From IMG/VR virus record IMGVR_UViG_2713896899_000007, positions 1-64,000 of that record: a stretch of DNA of 64,000 nucleotides, one strand, 5' to 3'. The DNA comes from a virus (Duplodnaviria > Heunggongvirae > Uroviricota > Caudoviricetes). Under the pieces are notes generated by a model. That model was not told where the DNA came from. It saw only the letters and a list, made by a program, of their open reading frames with translations, and searched no databases. The position numbers were made by a program, and so were the translations under genes. Below are positions 1 through 10,657 of this stretch, piece after piece (position 1 is the stretch's first letter; every line of letters begins with the position of its first letter).

Positions 1-52
1 AAGTGATAACAGGTGTCTGGAAATATAGGGGCAAATCCAGCACCATAGCTCA
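1..52 (-). CDS. partial ORF (5' end only, runs off window) downstream of stf; possible tail fibre assembly or accessory gene
   Basis: ATG near 52 on minus strand with AAGGA about 8 nt upstream; only ~17 codons lie inside the window. Confidence 0.25.
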
Positions 53-143
53 TAAATATATCCTTATAACTGCGGTTGTGAGGCCATATTTATCGACCTC
101 ACAACCATCTTATAAATTATCCTTATTAGAAATAATGTCTAAA

Positions 144-3100
144 TCAGTTGCTTGTTGCCCCAACAGTACCGGCAAATTTCAGCCATTGACCTGACGGACT
201 TCTATTACTACGGTAGTGATAAACGAGGATTGCGTTTGTCACTCCACCGTAGTCAGCTTTATGTGACGTTGTTAAACGAATTGTATAATCACCGTTAGGT
301 AGATTAAAAACTTCGATTATAGATTCTGCTAATTCTACAGCACCAAATCCCGTTATATTGTTGATACTGCCAGCATTGAATCCCATAGCATCGCCAAAGC
401 CAATCCAATAACTTTTACTAAATGCCCCATTTGATTTAAGGTGGCTAATGAATGTGGACAAACTCATGCCCATATCCCCACCAGAAACAGAGGAAGTTCG
501 CACAGTCATGCTTGGAAGAGAACTGCTCTTCACATAGGAACTGAGAAGGTTTGTTACCTCTGTTTTCGTATAAGCATTAAGGTTAGCCGCAGTCAAAGTT
601 ATATCGGCAGAGCCATCAAACGCCACACCAGCAATTTTCCTTGCTGTCTGCAATTTTGTGGCGGTTGCAGCATTACCAGTAGTGTTCTGATTACCGGTCG
701 TATTCACACCAGGTAAGTTAATATTGGCTGTACCGTTAAAACTAACACCACCAATAGTACGAGCCGTTTGTAACTTCGTGGCTGAAGCAGCGTTACCAGT
801 CGTATTCTGATTACCCGCTATATTGACGCCCGGCAAGTTAATATTGGCGGTACCATTAAACGATACACCTCCAATTGTTCTGGCAGTTTGCAACTTCGTT
901 GCAGTGGCTGCGTTGCCAGTAGTGTTCTGATTACCGGTGGCATTGACACCTGGAATTGAGTCTTTGGACGTATAAACTTGCGCCCATTCAGACCAACTAG
1001 ATGTATCCGTATCTCGTCGCGAACGTACATGTACAGGTGCATGAGCACCACTTGTACCGCTCCAACCTATGAACAACTCACCTTCACCAACGGCCGTTGC
1101 GCCCTTAAGATGAAGCACATTCCCGTAAGTCGAAGGATAGCCGTTGTTATATGCCTCGTACATCTGCAATCCAGTAGCAGCGCCTTGCGTTGTGCCTGTG
1201 AGCGCAGTAACGCGTCCTCTGGACGTAATTGTTGGTATCGAAATATTCGCAGAGCCGTTAAACGACACCCCGTTAATAGTTCTAGCAGTTTGCAACTTGG
1301 TCGCTGTGGCCGCGTTACCGGTAGTATTCTGATTACCGGCAGCATTAACACCAGGCAAATTAATATTCGCAGTGCCATCGAAGCTAACACCACCGATGGT
1401 TCTTGCTGTCTGCAATTTTGTAGCTGTAGCAGCATTACCTGTGGTGCTTTGATTGCCAGCTTTGTTAACTCCGGGCAAGTCGATGTTGGCAGTTCCGTTA
1501 AATGAAACGCCACCAATCGTTCTTGCCGTTTGAAGTTTTGTAGCGGTTGCGGCATTACCAGTAGTGCTCTGATTACCTGCCGTGTTTACACCAGGCAAAT
1601 TTATGTTCGCAGATCCATCGAAGGCCACGCCGCCGATAGTTCTTGCAGTCTGCAATTTCGTGGCGGTACTCGCATTACCATTCAATGAACCAGTTAATCC
1701 ACCAGTAACAGACAACGGACCTGAAACCGTCCCTCCTGATGTTGATAATGCACCTATATCCGATGGCGTAGGTTTGTATTTTGTATTGTAGTCTCGTCGC
1801 CAGCCTGGAGAATAATCTGTCCCGTGGTTAATATAAGTAAATTGAGCGTTAGCAGTACCACCACCGCTAGATGTTGTTGGTGTGGTAACGCGGATCGTCA
1901 TTGCGGACTTTATCCCCATTACCTCAATTACTGCCCCGGCAAGATGAATATCGCCACAACCAGTATCAGTAATGATTTTGTTGTTGCCATACGACCATGA
2001 GCCTTTACACATCCAGTACGGATGATTAAACGCCCCTTGAGAGTCCAACCATTCGACAAACTGTGCCGTAGTCCAGTTTCCTGCTGTTGTGCTTACAGAG
2101 CCTCCAAATGCTCGACCAGCGCCAATATTTTTCGTGAAGGTATCCTTACCTGGTATATCAGCACCATTCTGGTTCTTCGCCAATCGGCTATTCGCATTGT
2201 CATTCGCAGCTTTAACTGCCTTTGGAGTTGCAGCCAGTGATTCACTGGTGCTATCTGTCGCACTACTAAGTTTCACAACACCTTTAGTTGTAAGGCTTGC
2301 GTCTTCCATCGCAACTGCACCGGCAATCTCTTCAGCACGATCAGCAGCAGCTTCTGCACGAGTCGCAGCAGATTCGGCAGCAGTTTTGCTCTGAGATGCA
2401 GCCGTCGCACTGCCTGCCGCCTCTGTTGCCTTTGTGGATGCCGTTGAAGCACTACCCTTCGCTGCTGATGCCTGCTTGGTCGCCTCATCTTTTGAAGCGG
2501 ATGCCGAGGTGGCTGATGCAGACGCAGAACTTGCAGATTCAGCAGCTGCCGTCTTAGAGGAAGCAGCATTGTCTTCTGAGGCCTTTGCATTTGTTTCAGA
2601 GGTTTTTGCTGCCGATGCTGAATTTTTAGCAGCTGTAGCCTGACTCGTCGCCTCTGTCGCTTTTGTGGTAGCTGTTGTCGCGGATGAAGACGCGCTTTCC
2701 GCAGATCTTCCTGCCGCAGTTGCACTCGATGAAGCACTATCCGCACTTGCTGAGGCTGCGCTGGCTGACGCTTCTGCCGCAGATTTCGAACTGTTTGCAG
2801 ACGATGCACTCTGTTCGGCTGCCGTTTCAGATGCTTTTGCGTTTGTCTCTGACGTTTTTGCTGCCTTAGACGAATTTGCAGCTTCTGTTGCCGATGATGC
2901 CGCCGCGTTTGCACTCGATGAAGCGTTAGTCTCTGATGCTTTGGCTGCATCCTTAGATGCAGAGGCACTGGACGCAGATGTTGCAGCCTCCGATGCTTTG
3001 GTCGATGCTACAGACGCTGATTCTGCTGCCGCTTCTTTTGCGGCTTCTGCGTTCGTTTCAGATTTTTTCGCAGCAGTTGCACTCGCACTTGCAGCACTTT

Positions 3101-3671
3101 GTGAGGAAGCCGCAGCGGATGCACTTTGAGACGCTTGAGAGGCTTTTTCTCCAGCGGTATTGGCGCTTTCTGCTGCTGCGGCAGCACTGGCCGCCGCCTC
3201 ACGAGCTTTGTCGCCAGCAGCGTCAATCGCGTCGGTGTTATTTTTATACCACTCAACGTTTTCGTTGTGCTCGTTGACGATCTGCATTAGCGGCTTAACG
3301 GTCACTTCTGTACCGTCTTCACGCTCGATTGTCACCTCATCCAGAGCAGTCAACCAACTGCGCATGGACTTGGAATCAGCCGACATACGCGACATTAGCG
3401 CAGTAAAGCGCGCGCTAAACTGTGTTAAGTCGCCTTCATAGGTCGTAATGATTCGGCACGGAACTTCAGACTGAGTTTCGCCGGTATAAGGTTCTGAGAG
3501 AACAATATTCGTATCGCTTGTTACGCGCTTGATCTCATACAGCTTATTGTCGGGGCCAATGACGATCATCCCCGGCAACACACCATTAGCTGTTACGTTC
3601 CAGGCTGTCCCAACCCCAACCAGAGTATTGCTACCCTGTGTAAATGTGATAGTACCTTCCCTGTACCACAT
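144..3671 (-). CDS. side tail fibre protein (Stf-like), 1175 aa
   Basis: Ala/Ser-rich low-complexity segment with SETNA...ATPKAVK motifs typical of lambdoid Stf; seven ~40-aa repeats NAATATKLQTARTIGGVSFNGTANINLPGVN (phage tail fibre repeat type). Confidence 0.85.
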   Translation of the reverse strand: MWYREGTITFTQGSNTLVGVGTAWNVTANGVLPGMIVIGPDNKLYEIKRVTSDTNIVLSEPYTGETQSEVPCRIITTYEGDLTQFSARFTALMSRMSADSKSMRSWLTALDEVTIEREDGTEVTVKPLMQIVNEHNENVEWYKNNTDAIDAAGDKAREAAASAAAAAESANTAGEKASQASQSASAAASSQSAASASATAAKKSETNAEAAKEAAAESASVASTKASEAATSASSASASKDAAKASETNASSSANAAASSATEAANSSKAAKTSETNAKASETAAEQSASSANSSKSAAEASASAASASADSASSSATAAGRSAESASSSATTATTKATEATSQATAAKNSASAAKTSETNAKASEDNAASSKTAAAESASSASASATSASASKDEATKQASAAKGSASTASTKATEAAGSATAASQSKTAAESAATRAEAAADRAEEIAGAVAMEDASLTTKGVVKLSSATDSTSESLAATPKAVKAANDNANSRLAKNQNGADIPGKDTFTKNIGAGRAFGGSVSTTAGNWTTAQFVEWLDSQGAFNHPYWMCKGSWSYGNNKIITDTGCGDIHLAGAVIEVMGIKSAMTIRVTTPTTSSGGGTANAQFTYINHGTDYSPGWRRDYNTKYKPTPSDIGALSTSGGTVSGPLSVTGGLTGSLNGNASTATKLQTARTIGGVAFDGSANINLPGVNTAGNQSTTGNAATATKLQTARTIGGVSFNGTANIDLPGVNKAGNQSTTGNAATATKLQTARTIGGVSFDGTANINLPGVNAAGNQNTTGNAATATKLQTARTINGVSFNGSANISIPTITSRGRVTALTGTTQGAATGLQMYEAYNNGYPSTYGNVLHLKGATAVGEGELFIGWSGTSGAHAPVHVRSRRDTDTSSWSEWAQVYTSKDSIPGVNATGNQNTTGNAATATKLQTARTIGGVSFNGTANINLPGVNIAGNQNTTGNAASATKLQTARTIGGVSFNGTANINLPGVNTTGNQNTTGNAATATKLQTARKIAGVAFDGSADITLTAANLNAYTKTEVTNLLSSYVKSSSLPSMTVRTSSVSGGDMGMSLSTFISHLKSNGAFSKSYWIGFGDAMGFNAGSINNITGFGAVELAESIIEVFNLPNGDYTIRLTTSHKADYGGVTNAILVYHYRSNRSPSGQWLKFAGTVGATSN
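560..1700 (-). repeat. tandem ~120-bp coding repeats inside stf (two blocks, 4+3 copies)
   Basis: near-identical DNA units recur about every 120 bp, matching the ATKLQTAR protein repeats. Confidence 0.6.
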
Positions 3672-3763
3672 GTTGAATATGCTCCTTGATTTGGCGGGCT
3701 ATCCTTGCCCGCCATTAAGTAAGTACATACTTATTTTTACCGATGTAAATATTTTTTTCTACA

Positions 3764-6700
3764 TTACAGAAGGCCAATTCTTACTCGTAGGACGTTGTTA
3801 TCGTCATAAACGTCAATCCGCTGACCATTTATGACCAGTCGCCCATTACCTCCGCTATTACCGTTGATCTCAAGCGTTCCATTTTTGCCGAACCGCCATC
3901 CAGATCTACCGCTAACAAAATTGGTAGATTGCAGATCGCCTACTTTTGCATTGGTGATTGTGCCATCCTTGATATACGCACCATTCATATAGGCGATACT
4001 GTTTTCTATAACAAATGGCGTGGTGATCTTCCCGTTAACAGAGTTGACCAAACCAAATCTGTCCGCCTGCACCAAAAACTGAGAAAGACCGGTGGTGTCG
4101 ATACCAAGCGCAATACCGGCAACATACTTCTGCCCTCCGCTCGTTGAAGTCTCCATTTTCAACGTCCACGCGGTTGAGACTTTTTTGTTGGTATCAGCAA
4201 TGGCCGTTGCCTGCTGTTGAATTGTCGCGGTATTTCCATCCACCTCTGCTTTCAGAGTATCGATTCGCCCACTCAGAGCATTATCTGCCTGCGTTCTCGC
4301 TGTCGTTTCAGTTGTTACCGCCGCGGAAATGTTGGCTGCCGTTTGAGACTCTAAGTTTGTGATTTGAGTCGCCAGTGCAGCATCTTGCTCTGTACGCGTT
4401 TTCGTTTCGGTTGCTACAGCCGCTTTAATATCCTCTTTGTATTGAGAGGTCAGCTTGGTGATCTGAGACGACAACGCCGAGTCAGCATCAGTTCGAGCCT
4501 GCGTTTCAACTGCAACGGCCGCACTAATATCTTTCGCTGTCTGTGCTTTTAAACTTGAAACCTCTTTTGTTAAAGCGGTATCACCATCAGCACGAGCCGT
4601 TGTTTCTCTGGCAAGAGATGCCTCGAGATCATTAGCTTTTGCTGTAAGAGACGTAATCTGAGTGGACAATGCACTATCGGCATCAGTCCTTGCCTTTGTC
4701 TCTACAGCAACCGCTGCGGCAATATCAGTTCCGGTCTGTGCTCGCAGGCTGTTAATTTCTCGTGAGAGCGCCTGGTCAGCACTTGCCCTGGCCTCCTGCT
4801 CCTGAGTGATGGCAGCGGATATATCACCGTCAACCTTTGACTGAAGCTGGTTTATTTGTTTGGCTAATGCAGAGTCCCCGCTTGCTCGAGCCTCCTGCTC
4901 ACTACGTATTGCAGCAGAAATATCATCATCAACCTTTGCCTGAAGTTGGGTGATCTGGCTTGCCAGAGCCGAATCTTCCGTTGCTCGGGCTTCTTGCTCT
5001 TCCTTAATAGCTGCGACGATATCGTTGCTTACTTTCGACTCAAGCTGAGTGATCTGTGTCGTCAGAGCTTCATCGGCAGATGTACGAGCCTCCTGCTCTG
5101 TACTAATCGCCGCGCTGATATCTCCTTCAAACTTAGATTGCAGCTGAGTGACACGCTTTGCCAACGCTTCATCGCCATCGGCACGAGCGGTGGACTCTTC
5201 CAGAATACTGGCCTTAATGTCTTCGCCAATTTCTACGCGAATTTCCTCAACCTTCGTGGCCATTGCAGACATATCATCAGCAAAGGTTTTCTGTGTTGTT
5301 GCGATCTTCGCGTTATTGACCATCTGCTTGTGCTGGTCTTCATCTTGACGAAGAGCCAGGTCAATATTTGTTTTGGCTAACGCCTCAATGTTCGTAGTCA
5401 GTTCTGCACTGGCACGATCGACCTCTGCAACCGTCTTTTTCATTTCTTCAACGGCAGCGGAGCTTTCCTCTACCGTTGACTGCAACACTTCCAGTTGTTT
5501 AGCGTTTGCAGCATCGCCTTCAACACGAGCCTCGCTTTCCTTAGCAATAAGAGCTGCTGCTTCATCTCTTGCAGCCTTTATTGCCTCGACTGTATTAGCG
5601 AGAGCTTTATCGTGTTCAGATACGGTGTTTTCGATTTCAACAATTGCAGCATCAGTAGCATCAATTTTTTCAAACGCTTCATTGACCTTGTCGATCGTTG
5701 CCGAAACCTCACCTTTAAGCTCGGTTTGTGCGTTCTCCAAAGCATCGCTACGCTCGTTGAATTTTATTTCAAAATCCGCGAGGTTATCGCTGAACTGCTT
5801 ATCTAATTCAGCTATATCTTCCTTAACGTCGTTTACCGACCCCTCCAAAGATTCGACGCTCTGGTTGATATGCTCATTTAACTCGTCAACTGCTTCTTGA
5901 GAGGCTTTGCTGTTGATGTCCTCAAGCAGAGCCTGACCAAGCTCGGAAGATGTAATTTTGCCAGCCAGGAACGACAGTACATCGCGAGTTGTCGCCTCTG
6001 TACCCAAGTTTGAGTTCGGAGGGCTTAACATACCTCGCTTGTTCGATGCTCGAACCCAGTAATACCACGTTTCGCTATCCCCAAGACCAGCATGTGTAAA
6101 GGTGGTGCTTGCAGACTCTGCGATCAGTTTCGCCGTATCCAGATTGTTGGTCTGGGATGCGTAAACATTAATGTGATCAAGGTCTACCGAATCTGGATTA
6201 ACCCAATTCAGTATCACATTACGATAGTCTCCAACGGCCGTTAATGACGTTGGTGCATCCGGCGGTGTCATTGTGCCCAGCACCTGATAAACGGTACTGA
6301 TAATTTCTGTTTTTTTACCGTTGAATGAAACCGCATACAGTTGGAAGTCGTAGCGTCCATTCTCCGCGACATTAACGATTTCGTATTGCTCTTCGGTTAC
6401 ACGCGCCGATTGCCAGTTCGATACATTGTTTTCATCAGAACGTCGCCAACTGATCCAATACTCTGGAGATTTCCCTTCCCATGTTGCAGTCAGTTTTACT
6501 GACAGGTTGCCCGGGCTTGAGAGGTAAGTCCCTTCAGTGATTTGCAAATTAGACGGCTTGGAGTAAGTCGGGTCCAATACCGTCGTATTCTGCGGGATAA
6601 GCGTTGCACCATTGTCGATCGCCTCATATTTAGACGGATTGTTTTCAACAGCGGTGATGTCAAAGCTACCCGACGTTTCCCCCTGAGCGATGTTAACGAT

Positions 6701-8494
6701 GCGAACGCGCATAGGTTCGAGATCTGGTTCTGTAATTGTCCAGACACCGTTCAAAACAGGCGTTTCCGCTGACGACAGGGCTTTTGAAAACGTAACCTTT
6801 GTTATGTTTTCGCCAGTTTCAAGAACATCGCGTTCAACGATTTTGCCTTCCTGATTCAATATCCGAATAAAGCTGCCGCTTTTAGCTAACGACACAGGCG
6901 CATCGAGAGTGATGCTGTTTTTGGTAAACTCCACAATTCGACCGGAGTTACGTTTACCTGCACGATATTTGTTCTGAATCAGAACGGTTTCACCAGGCAT
7001 CAGAAATGAGGCGTCTAAGCCGGCAGTAAATGTAATTACATCCGACTCCATTCTGGCGGTATACAAAAGCCACAAACCAACTCGGTGAGCCTGGCCTCGG
7101 CTTGTACATCCAAATGCTACGACTTCTGTTTTACGCTCACCATAACGGCGCATTGCGTCCTGATCTTCAACGTACTCGATATTTTGCTTATAACCGTCCT
7201 CCTTGTTGTTGTAGGTTACGAGCGCAACGGATGGGCGATCTTTACGCGCAGAACCTTTATAGGTAAACAGTCCATCTTTGACGTTGGAGTTGGTAAACAT
7301 CATTACCGGATCTGATGGGCTATCCTGCATGATGTTAACCATGCCACCAGCCCAAAACACCATGCCGCGGAATGCACCGGCAATATCCTGAATTAATCGG
7401 TATGCGTCTTGTCGACTGGTGATCTGCGTATTGATTGCAAAGCGTTTCTCTTTACCCCCAAAGCCATCATCGACCTCTTCGTCACAATATCGACCAATCT
7501 GGTAGAGCTGGCCGAGGTCAATCATGGATTCCGACACAAATTGCCCAAGACCATACCGAGTATTGGTAAGCAAATCGTAGAGAATCCACGCAGGGTTTGA
7601 AGAAGACAACAGCTTAAAAGTACCGTCCCATACGCCGACATAAGTATTGGTGTATTCGTTGTAGTTTGACGGTACTCGGATTTTGATACCGCGCACCAAA
7701 TACGAACGGGAAGGCATTGTGCTACCAAACTGCTCTGAATTGACCTTCAAGCCAACAAGAGCAGAGTTAGGGTAGTTCATTGGCGTGTCGACAATCTCAC
7801 CGATGGAATCAACCCATGTGTCGTTGTAGAGGTACTGGCTACTGTTATCATCTGTAAGACGAATTACCCTAACCTTGTATGCACGACCAGGCTTAGGCAG
7901 TTTCAGCTCATAGCTACGGTAATACACGCCGGTTTTCTTTGCCGTTAGCGTGATATCAACGCTTTTCTCACCTTCTGCCACTACATCAGAAAATGTTGCG
8001 TCTCCGTTGGCGATCTGGAATTTGTACTTCACCGTAGTGCCGTTTGTATCGCCAGAGCTTTTATCAACGCTACGTAAAGAGGGGAATTTCATGATGACAC
8101 GAACGCGATCAGCTTCATCGTTATCGATTGAAACCGTAACGTCGTGTGTTTTTTTAAGCTGAATATTTACGGACTTAGGCGTTTCGACAAAATCAAAACC
8201 AGCCATTGGCGTCTGGTCTTGTGAGCCGTCACGAAAATCCCATGTAATACCGCTGAAGTTGGAAGAGCCATCTTCATTCAAGATCGGTAAATCGTCGATG
8301 AAGATCGACTTTGCGCCATTTACCAGGCCACCGATAACCCCCTCGCCAAGAAGGTCGAGGATGGCTGCCATAGCACGAGAATTGACAGTATCATCAGCTT
8401 CAACCGGTGTACGGCTGGAGCTTTTACTTTTCTTGCCACCAGCACCGGCAATAAGAAGCGGTAATTTTTTCTTCTTGAACTGTTCCATGTCCAA
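3764..8494 (-). CDS. host specificity / central tail fibre protein, lambda J-like, 1576 aa
   Basis: N-terminal and central segments match lambda J motifs (SRSYLVRGIKIRVPSNYN...GVWDGTFK, AFGCTSRGQAHRVGLWLL, KYVAGIALG...SQFLVQADRFG); position after I/K/L/M. Confidence 0.9.
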   Translation of the reverse strand: MDMEQFKKKKLPLLIAGAGGKKSKSSSRTPVEADDTVNSRAMAAILDLLGEGVIGGLVNGAKSIFIDDLPILNEDGSSNFSGITWDFRDGSQDQTPMAGFDFVETPKSVNIQLKKTHDVTVSIDNDEADRVRVIMKFPSLRSVDKSSGDTNGTTVKYKFQIANGDATFSDVVAEGEKSVDITLTAKKTGVYYRSYELKLPKPGRAYKVRVIRLTDDNSSQYLYNDTWVDSIGEIVDTPMNYPNSALVGLKVNSEQFGSTMPSRSYLVRGIKIRVPSNYNEYTNTYVGVWDGTFKLLSSSNPAWILYDLLTNTRYGLGQFVSESMIDLGQLYQIGRYCDEEVDDGFGGKEKRFAINTQITSRQDAYRLIQDIAGAFRGMVFWAGGMVNIMQDSPSDPVMMFTNSNVKDGLFTYKGSARKDRPSVALVTYNNKEDGYKQNIEYVEDQDAMRRYGERKTEVVAFGCTSRGQAHRVGLWLLYTARMESDVITFTAGLDASFLMPGETVLIQNKYRAGKRNSGRIVEFTKNSITLDAPVSLAKSGSFIRILNQEGKIVERDVLETGENITKVTFSKALSSAETPVLNGVWTITEPDLEPMRVRIVNIAQGETSGSFDITAVENNPSKYEAIDNGATLIPQNTTVLDPTYSKPSNLQITEGTYLSSPGNLSVKLTATWEGKSPEYWISWRRSDENNVSNWQSARVTEEQYEIVNVAENGRYDFQLYAVSFNGKKTEIISTVYQVLGTMTPPDAPTSLTAVGDYRNVILNWVNPDSVDLDHINVYASQTNNLDTAKLIAESASTTFTHAGLGDSETWYYWVRASNKRGMLSPPNSNLGTEATTRDVLSFLAGKITSSELGQALLEDINSKASQEAVDELNEHINQSVESLEGSVNDVKEDIAELDKQFSDNLADFEIKFNERSDALENAQTELKGEVSATIDKVNEAFEKIDATDAAIVEIENTVSEHDKALANTVEAIKAARDEAAALIAKESEARVEGDAANAKQLEVLQSTVEESSAAVEEMKKTVAEVDRASAELTTNIEALAKTNIDLALRQDEDQHKQMVNNAKIATTQKTFADDMSAMATKVEEIRVEIGEDIKASILEESTARADGDEALAKRVTQLQSKFEGDISAAISTEQEARTSADEALTTQITQLESKVSNDIVAAIKEEQEARATEDSALASQITQLQAKVDDDISAAIRSEQEARASGDSALAKQINQLQSKVDGDISAAITQEQEARASADQALSREINSLRAQTGTDIAAAVAVETKARTDADSALSTQITSLTAKANDLEASLARETTARADGDTALTKEVSSLKAQTAKDISAAVAVETQARTDADSALSSQITKLTSQYKEDIKAAVATETKTRTEQDAALATQITNLESQTAANISAAVTTETTARTQADNALSGRIDTLKAEVDGNTATIQQQATAIADTNKKVSTAWTLKMETSTSGGQKYVAGIALGIDTTGLSQFLVQADRFGLVNSVNGKITTPFVIENSIAYMNGAYIKDGTITNAKVGDLQSTNFVSGRSGWRFGKNGTLEINGNSGGNGRLVINGQRIDVYDDNNVLRVRIGLL
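4170..5300 (-). repeat. ~99-bp tandem coding repeats (about ten 33-aa heptad-like units) inside the J-like gene
   Basis: protein units DISAAIxxEQEARxxADxALxxQITxLxSKV repeat in tandem; matching DNA periodicity visible. Confidence 0.6.
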
Positions 8495-8505
8495 AAAATC
8501 CTTGA

Positions 8506-9099
8506 TTACATAAGCTGGTCGATGGTGATAGAAGAACTCACGACCTGTGAGCCAACTAAAATTTCCTCGCCATAGATAAGCTGTACAGGGTTCCCCTGGT
8601 TTGTTGTGTTTTGAGGTCCATCAAAGTAATAAGAGTTCGAGTTATCCGCCTGCCTCACACTTTCGTTAGTGGCTTGCGGAGATATGATTTGCGCTATACC
8701 GCCCATCATCAGTGACAAACCGAGAGGCGCAAGAGCGGGCAAGCCAAAAAAAGATGCCACCAATAAAGTGGCTCCAACAACCGTCTGAAACCACCCAAAA
8801 GCAGATCCGCCGCTTCCTCGCGGAACAGGGGTAATGCGAATTTTGGCAATGTTTTCAGACTGCCCCATCATCTGATATTCACTCTCGTCCACAGACCACT
8901 TGTGGCCTTGTTTATTGGTGATCTGGATGTGGTATCTGTCATAGGTTTTGATGTTGCGCTTCATCCATGCTTTAAACCCAGGCTTGTTGGCCTCAATTAA
9001 ATCCAGAGCCTGTTTTGTATTGCGCACCTTTAGATGCCAGTGGCGGCCAAAATGTTTGGCCATAGGGCCGCCAAGCTGCACATGAACTAACTCAGACAC
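8506..9099 (-). CDS. tail assembly protein, lambda I-like
   Basis: position between K and J; C-terminal hydrophobic Gly/Ala-rich segment. Confidence 0.55.
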   Translation of the reverse strand: MSELVHVQLGGPMAKHFGRHWHLKVRNTKQALDLIEANKPGFKAWMKRNIKTYDRYHIQITNKQGHKWSVDESEYQMMGQSENIAKIRITPVPRGSGGSAFGWFQTVVGATLLVASFFGLPALAPLGLSLMMGGIAQIISPQATNESVRQADNSNSYYFDGPQNTTNQGNPVQLIYGEEILVGSQVVSSSITIDQLM

Positions 9100-9911
9100 G
9101 TCTCATCTCCCTTGAGCAAGTCTCTGTGACGCAAGTGATGCGTCGTATGTTTCTGATACATCCCGCCGTAATAAGCACGACAACTTAGGCGGTCGATCTG
9201 GTGATGAAGAATCATTCCATCGCCGATATAAACCGCGCAGTGGTCAGGCATTTTCCCGTATTGGATAAAGAAGATGTCCCCACGTTGAGGCTCTGTTCCG
9301 GGCGCAAGACGCACCAATCCCTCGTTACGGTAGTTCTGATCGAGAATGTCGTTATCGCCGGTGTACCACGATGGAATATGCAGGTGTGCGTTCGGGTTTA
9401 GTTCGACGTTAAACTCACGCTTCAAATAGTCCCGACACAACATCCAGCAATCGAATACGCCAAATACATACGGTCTGCCCAGGTATGGCATTTCGAAACC
9501 ATCAGGTGTGATCACATTCATCTCGCTAAAATGGAAAGGGGCATCTCCCTCAACATTCTTGCGAATAGCCAGAATCATCCACGGAACTTCCGTCGCTTCG
9601 CAGCCTGCACGATCGGCATCAGATGCTTCTGCTGATTCATCAGTATGTGAATGCCAGATTGCGATAACATCACCCGCATCCTCTGCCGCCATAATGTCGT
9701 CAACGTGCATTACAAAAGTGTTCTGCGGGTTCTCCGAAACATTCCGCGCTTCCATAAAGCGATATTTGTCGCCATTAGTTCTAACCAGAAAGCCACACGC
9801 TTCATTAGGGTAGCGATTTATGGCGCAGAGATAGATTTGCTGCATAACGTCAGAGCCAAGCTCAGGGATTGCTTTATTACCCATACCGCGTAGCTCCAAT
9901 AAATCCGCCAA
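9087..9911 (-). CDS. tail assembly protein, lambda K-like (JAMM/MPN plus NlpC/P60-type domains); start may be internal
   Basis: HSH metal-binding motif and Cys/His peptidase-like C-terminal region; position between L and I. Confidence 0.7.
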   Translation of the reverse strand: MADLLELRGMGNKAIPELGSDVMQQIYLCAINRYPNEACGFLVRTNGDKYRFMEARNVSENPQNTFVMHVDDIMAAEDAGDVIAIWHSHTDESAEASDADRAGCEATEVPWMILAIRKNVEGDAPFHFSEMNVITPDGFEMPYLGRPYVFGVFDCWMLCRDYLKREFNVELNPNAHLHIPSWYTGDNDILDQNYRNEGLVRLAPGTEPQRGDIFFIQYGKMPDHCAVYIGDGMILHHQIDRLSCRAYYGGMYQKHTTHHLRHRDLLKGDETCLS

Positions 9912-10608
9912 AATGGATCACACCGTCGGCAAAATAATTCCGACGCGCATTACAGGCGTCATAACGTTTTGTGCAGTAATCCGCACCAGACATAGACGTC
10001 TGCTGGTTATTTTTGTCGAAATATGGACCGGTATAGCCGCATTCTGGCCCTCGGTATTTCCACGGGCAGGTGTTTTTAATGATCTGACGATACGGCAGTT
10101 GCACCCCCATCAAATCGAACACACTGGACAATTCAAACTCGACAACCTGATGAGTTTCGAGAGTTTTCTGTTCGATAAACCACATTTCATCCGGGAAATG
10201 TTGGTTTGGATCTGCTGTTGGGTTGCCGTCTTTAAAATTAACGGCATCGAGGAAGCGAGCCAGCGTCATCTTGCGAATAATGCGGCAGCCAACAAGATCG
10301 TCGTTTGCCTGAACTTCCGCAGAGACGGTTCCGGCAAAGTTCGACACCTGAATTTTTGGACGTGGCAACGTTCCCTGGCCAGTTTTGTCAAAGCCTGATG
10401 CTTTGATTGGCCACGGCTCGTATGTCACTCCTTGCCAGACGACCGGTTGCATCAGTTCGTTTGTTCCGGCATGGAAGAATAGCTTCCCCCCTGAAGTTGT
10501 GTTCGACATATCCAGTACGAACAACTCAATGAGTGCAGAGGGAGATAAGCTCTGAATATCAGCTTTAATTCCCATTGTTTCATCCTTGAAATAAGTAGGC
10601 GCTAACAT
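9877..10608 (-). CDS. minor tail protein, lambda L-like
   Basis: VVWQGVTYEPWPIKASGF...ARFLDAVNF and C-terminal Cys cluster match lambda L. Confidence 0.8.
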   Translation of the reverse strand: MLAPTYFKDETMGIKADIQSLSPSALIELFVLDMSNTTSGGKLFFHAGTNELMQPVVWQGVTYEPWPIKASGFDKTGQGTLPRPKIQVSNFAGTVSAEVQANDDLVGCRIIRKMTLARFLDAVNFKDGNPTADPNQHFPDEMWFIEQKTLETHQVVEFELSSVFDLMGVQLPYRQIIKNTCPWKYRGPECGYTGPYFDKNNQQTSMSGADYCTKRYDACNARRNYFADGVIHFGGFIGATRYG

Positions 10609-10657
10609 CCTGTCAGCGCCACAATAATAGTAAATTAGTACTTACTTATCCAGATAC

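Noticed and set aside
2273-3277. Long ORFs in other frames and on the plus strand inside the stf gene (Arg/Gln-rich 231 aa, Ala-rich 154 aa and others)
   Set aside because: They mirror the Ala/Ser-rich low-complexity coding repeats of stf; composition artefacts with no independent start signals.
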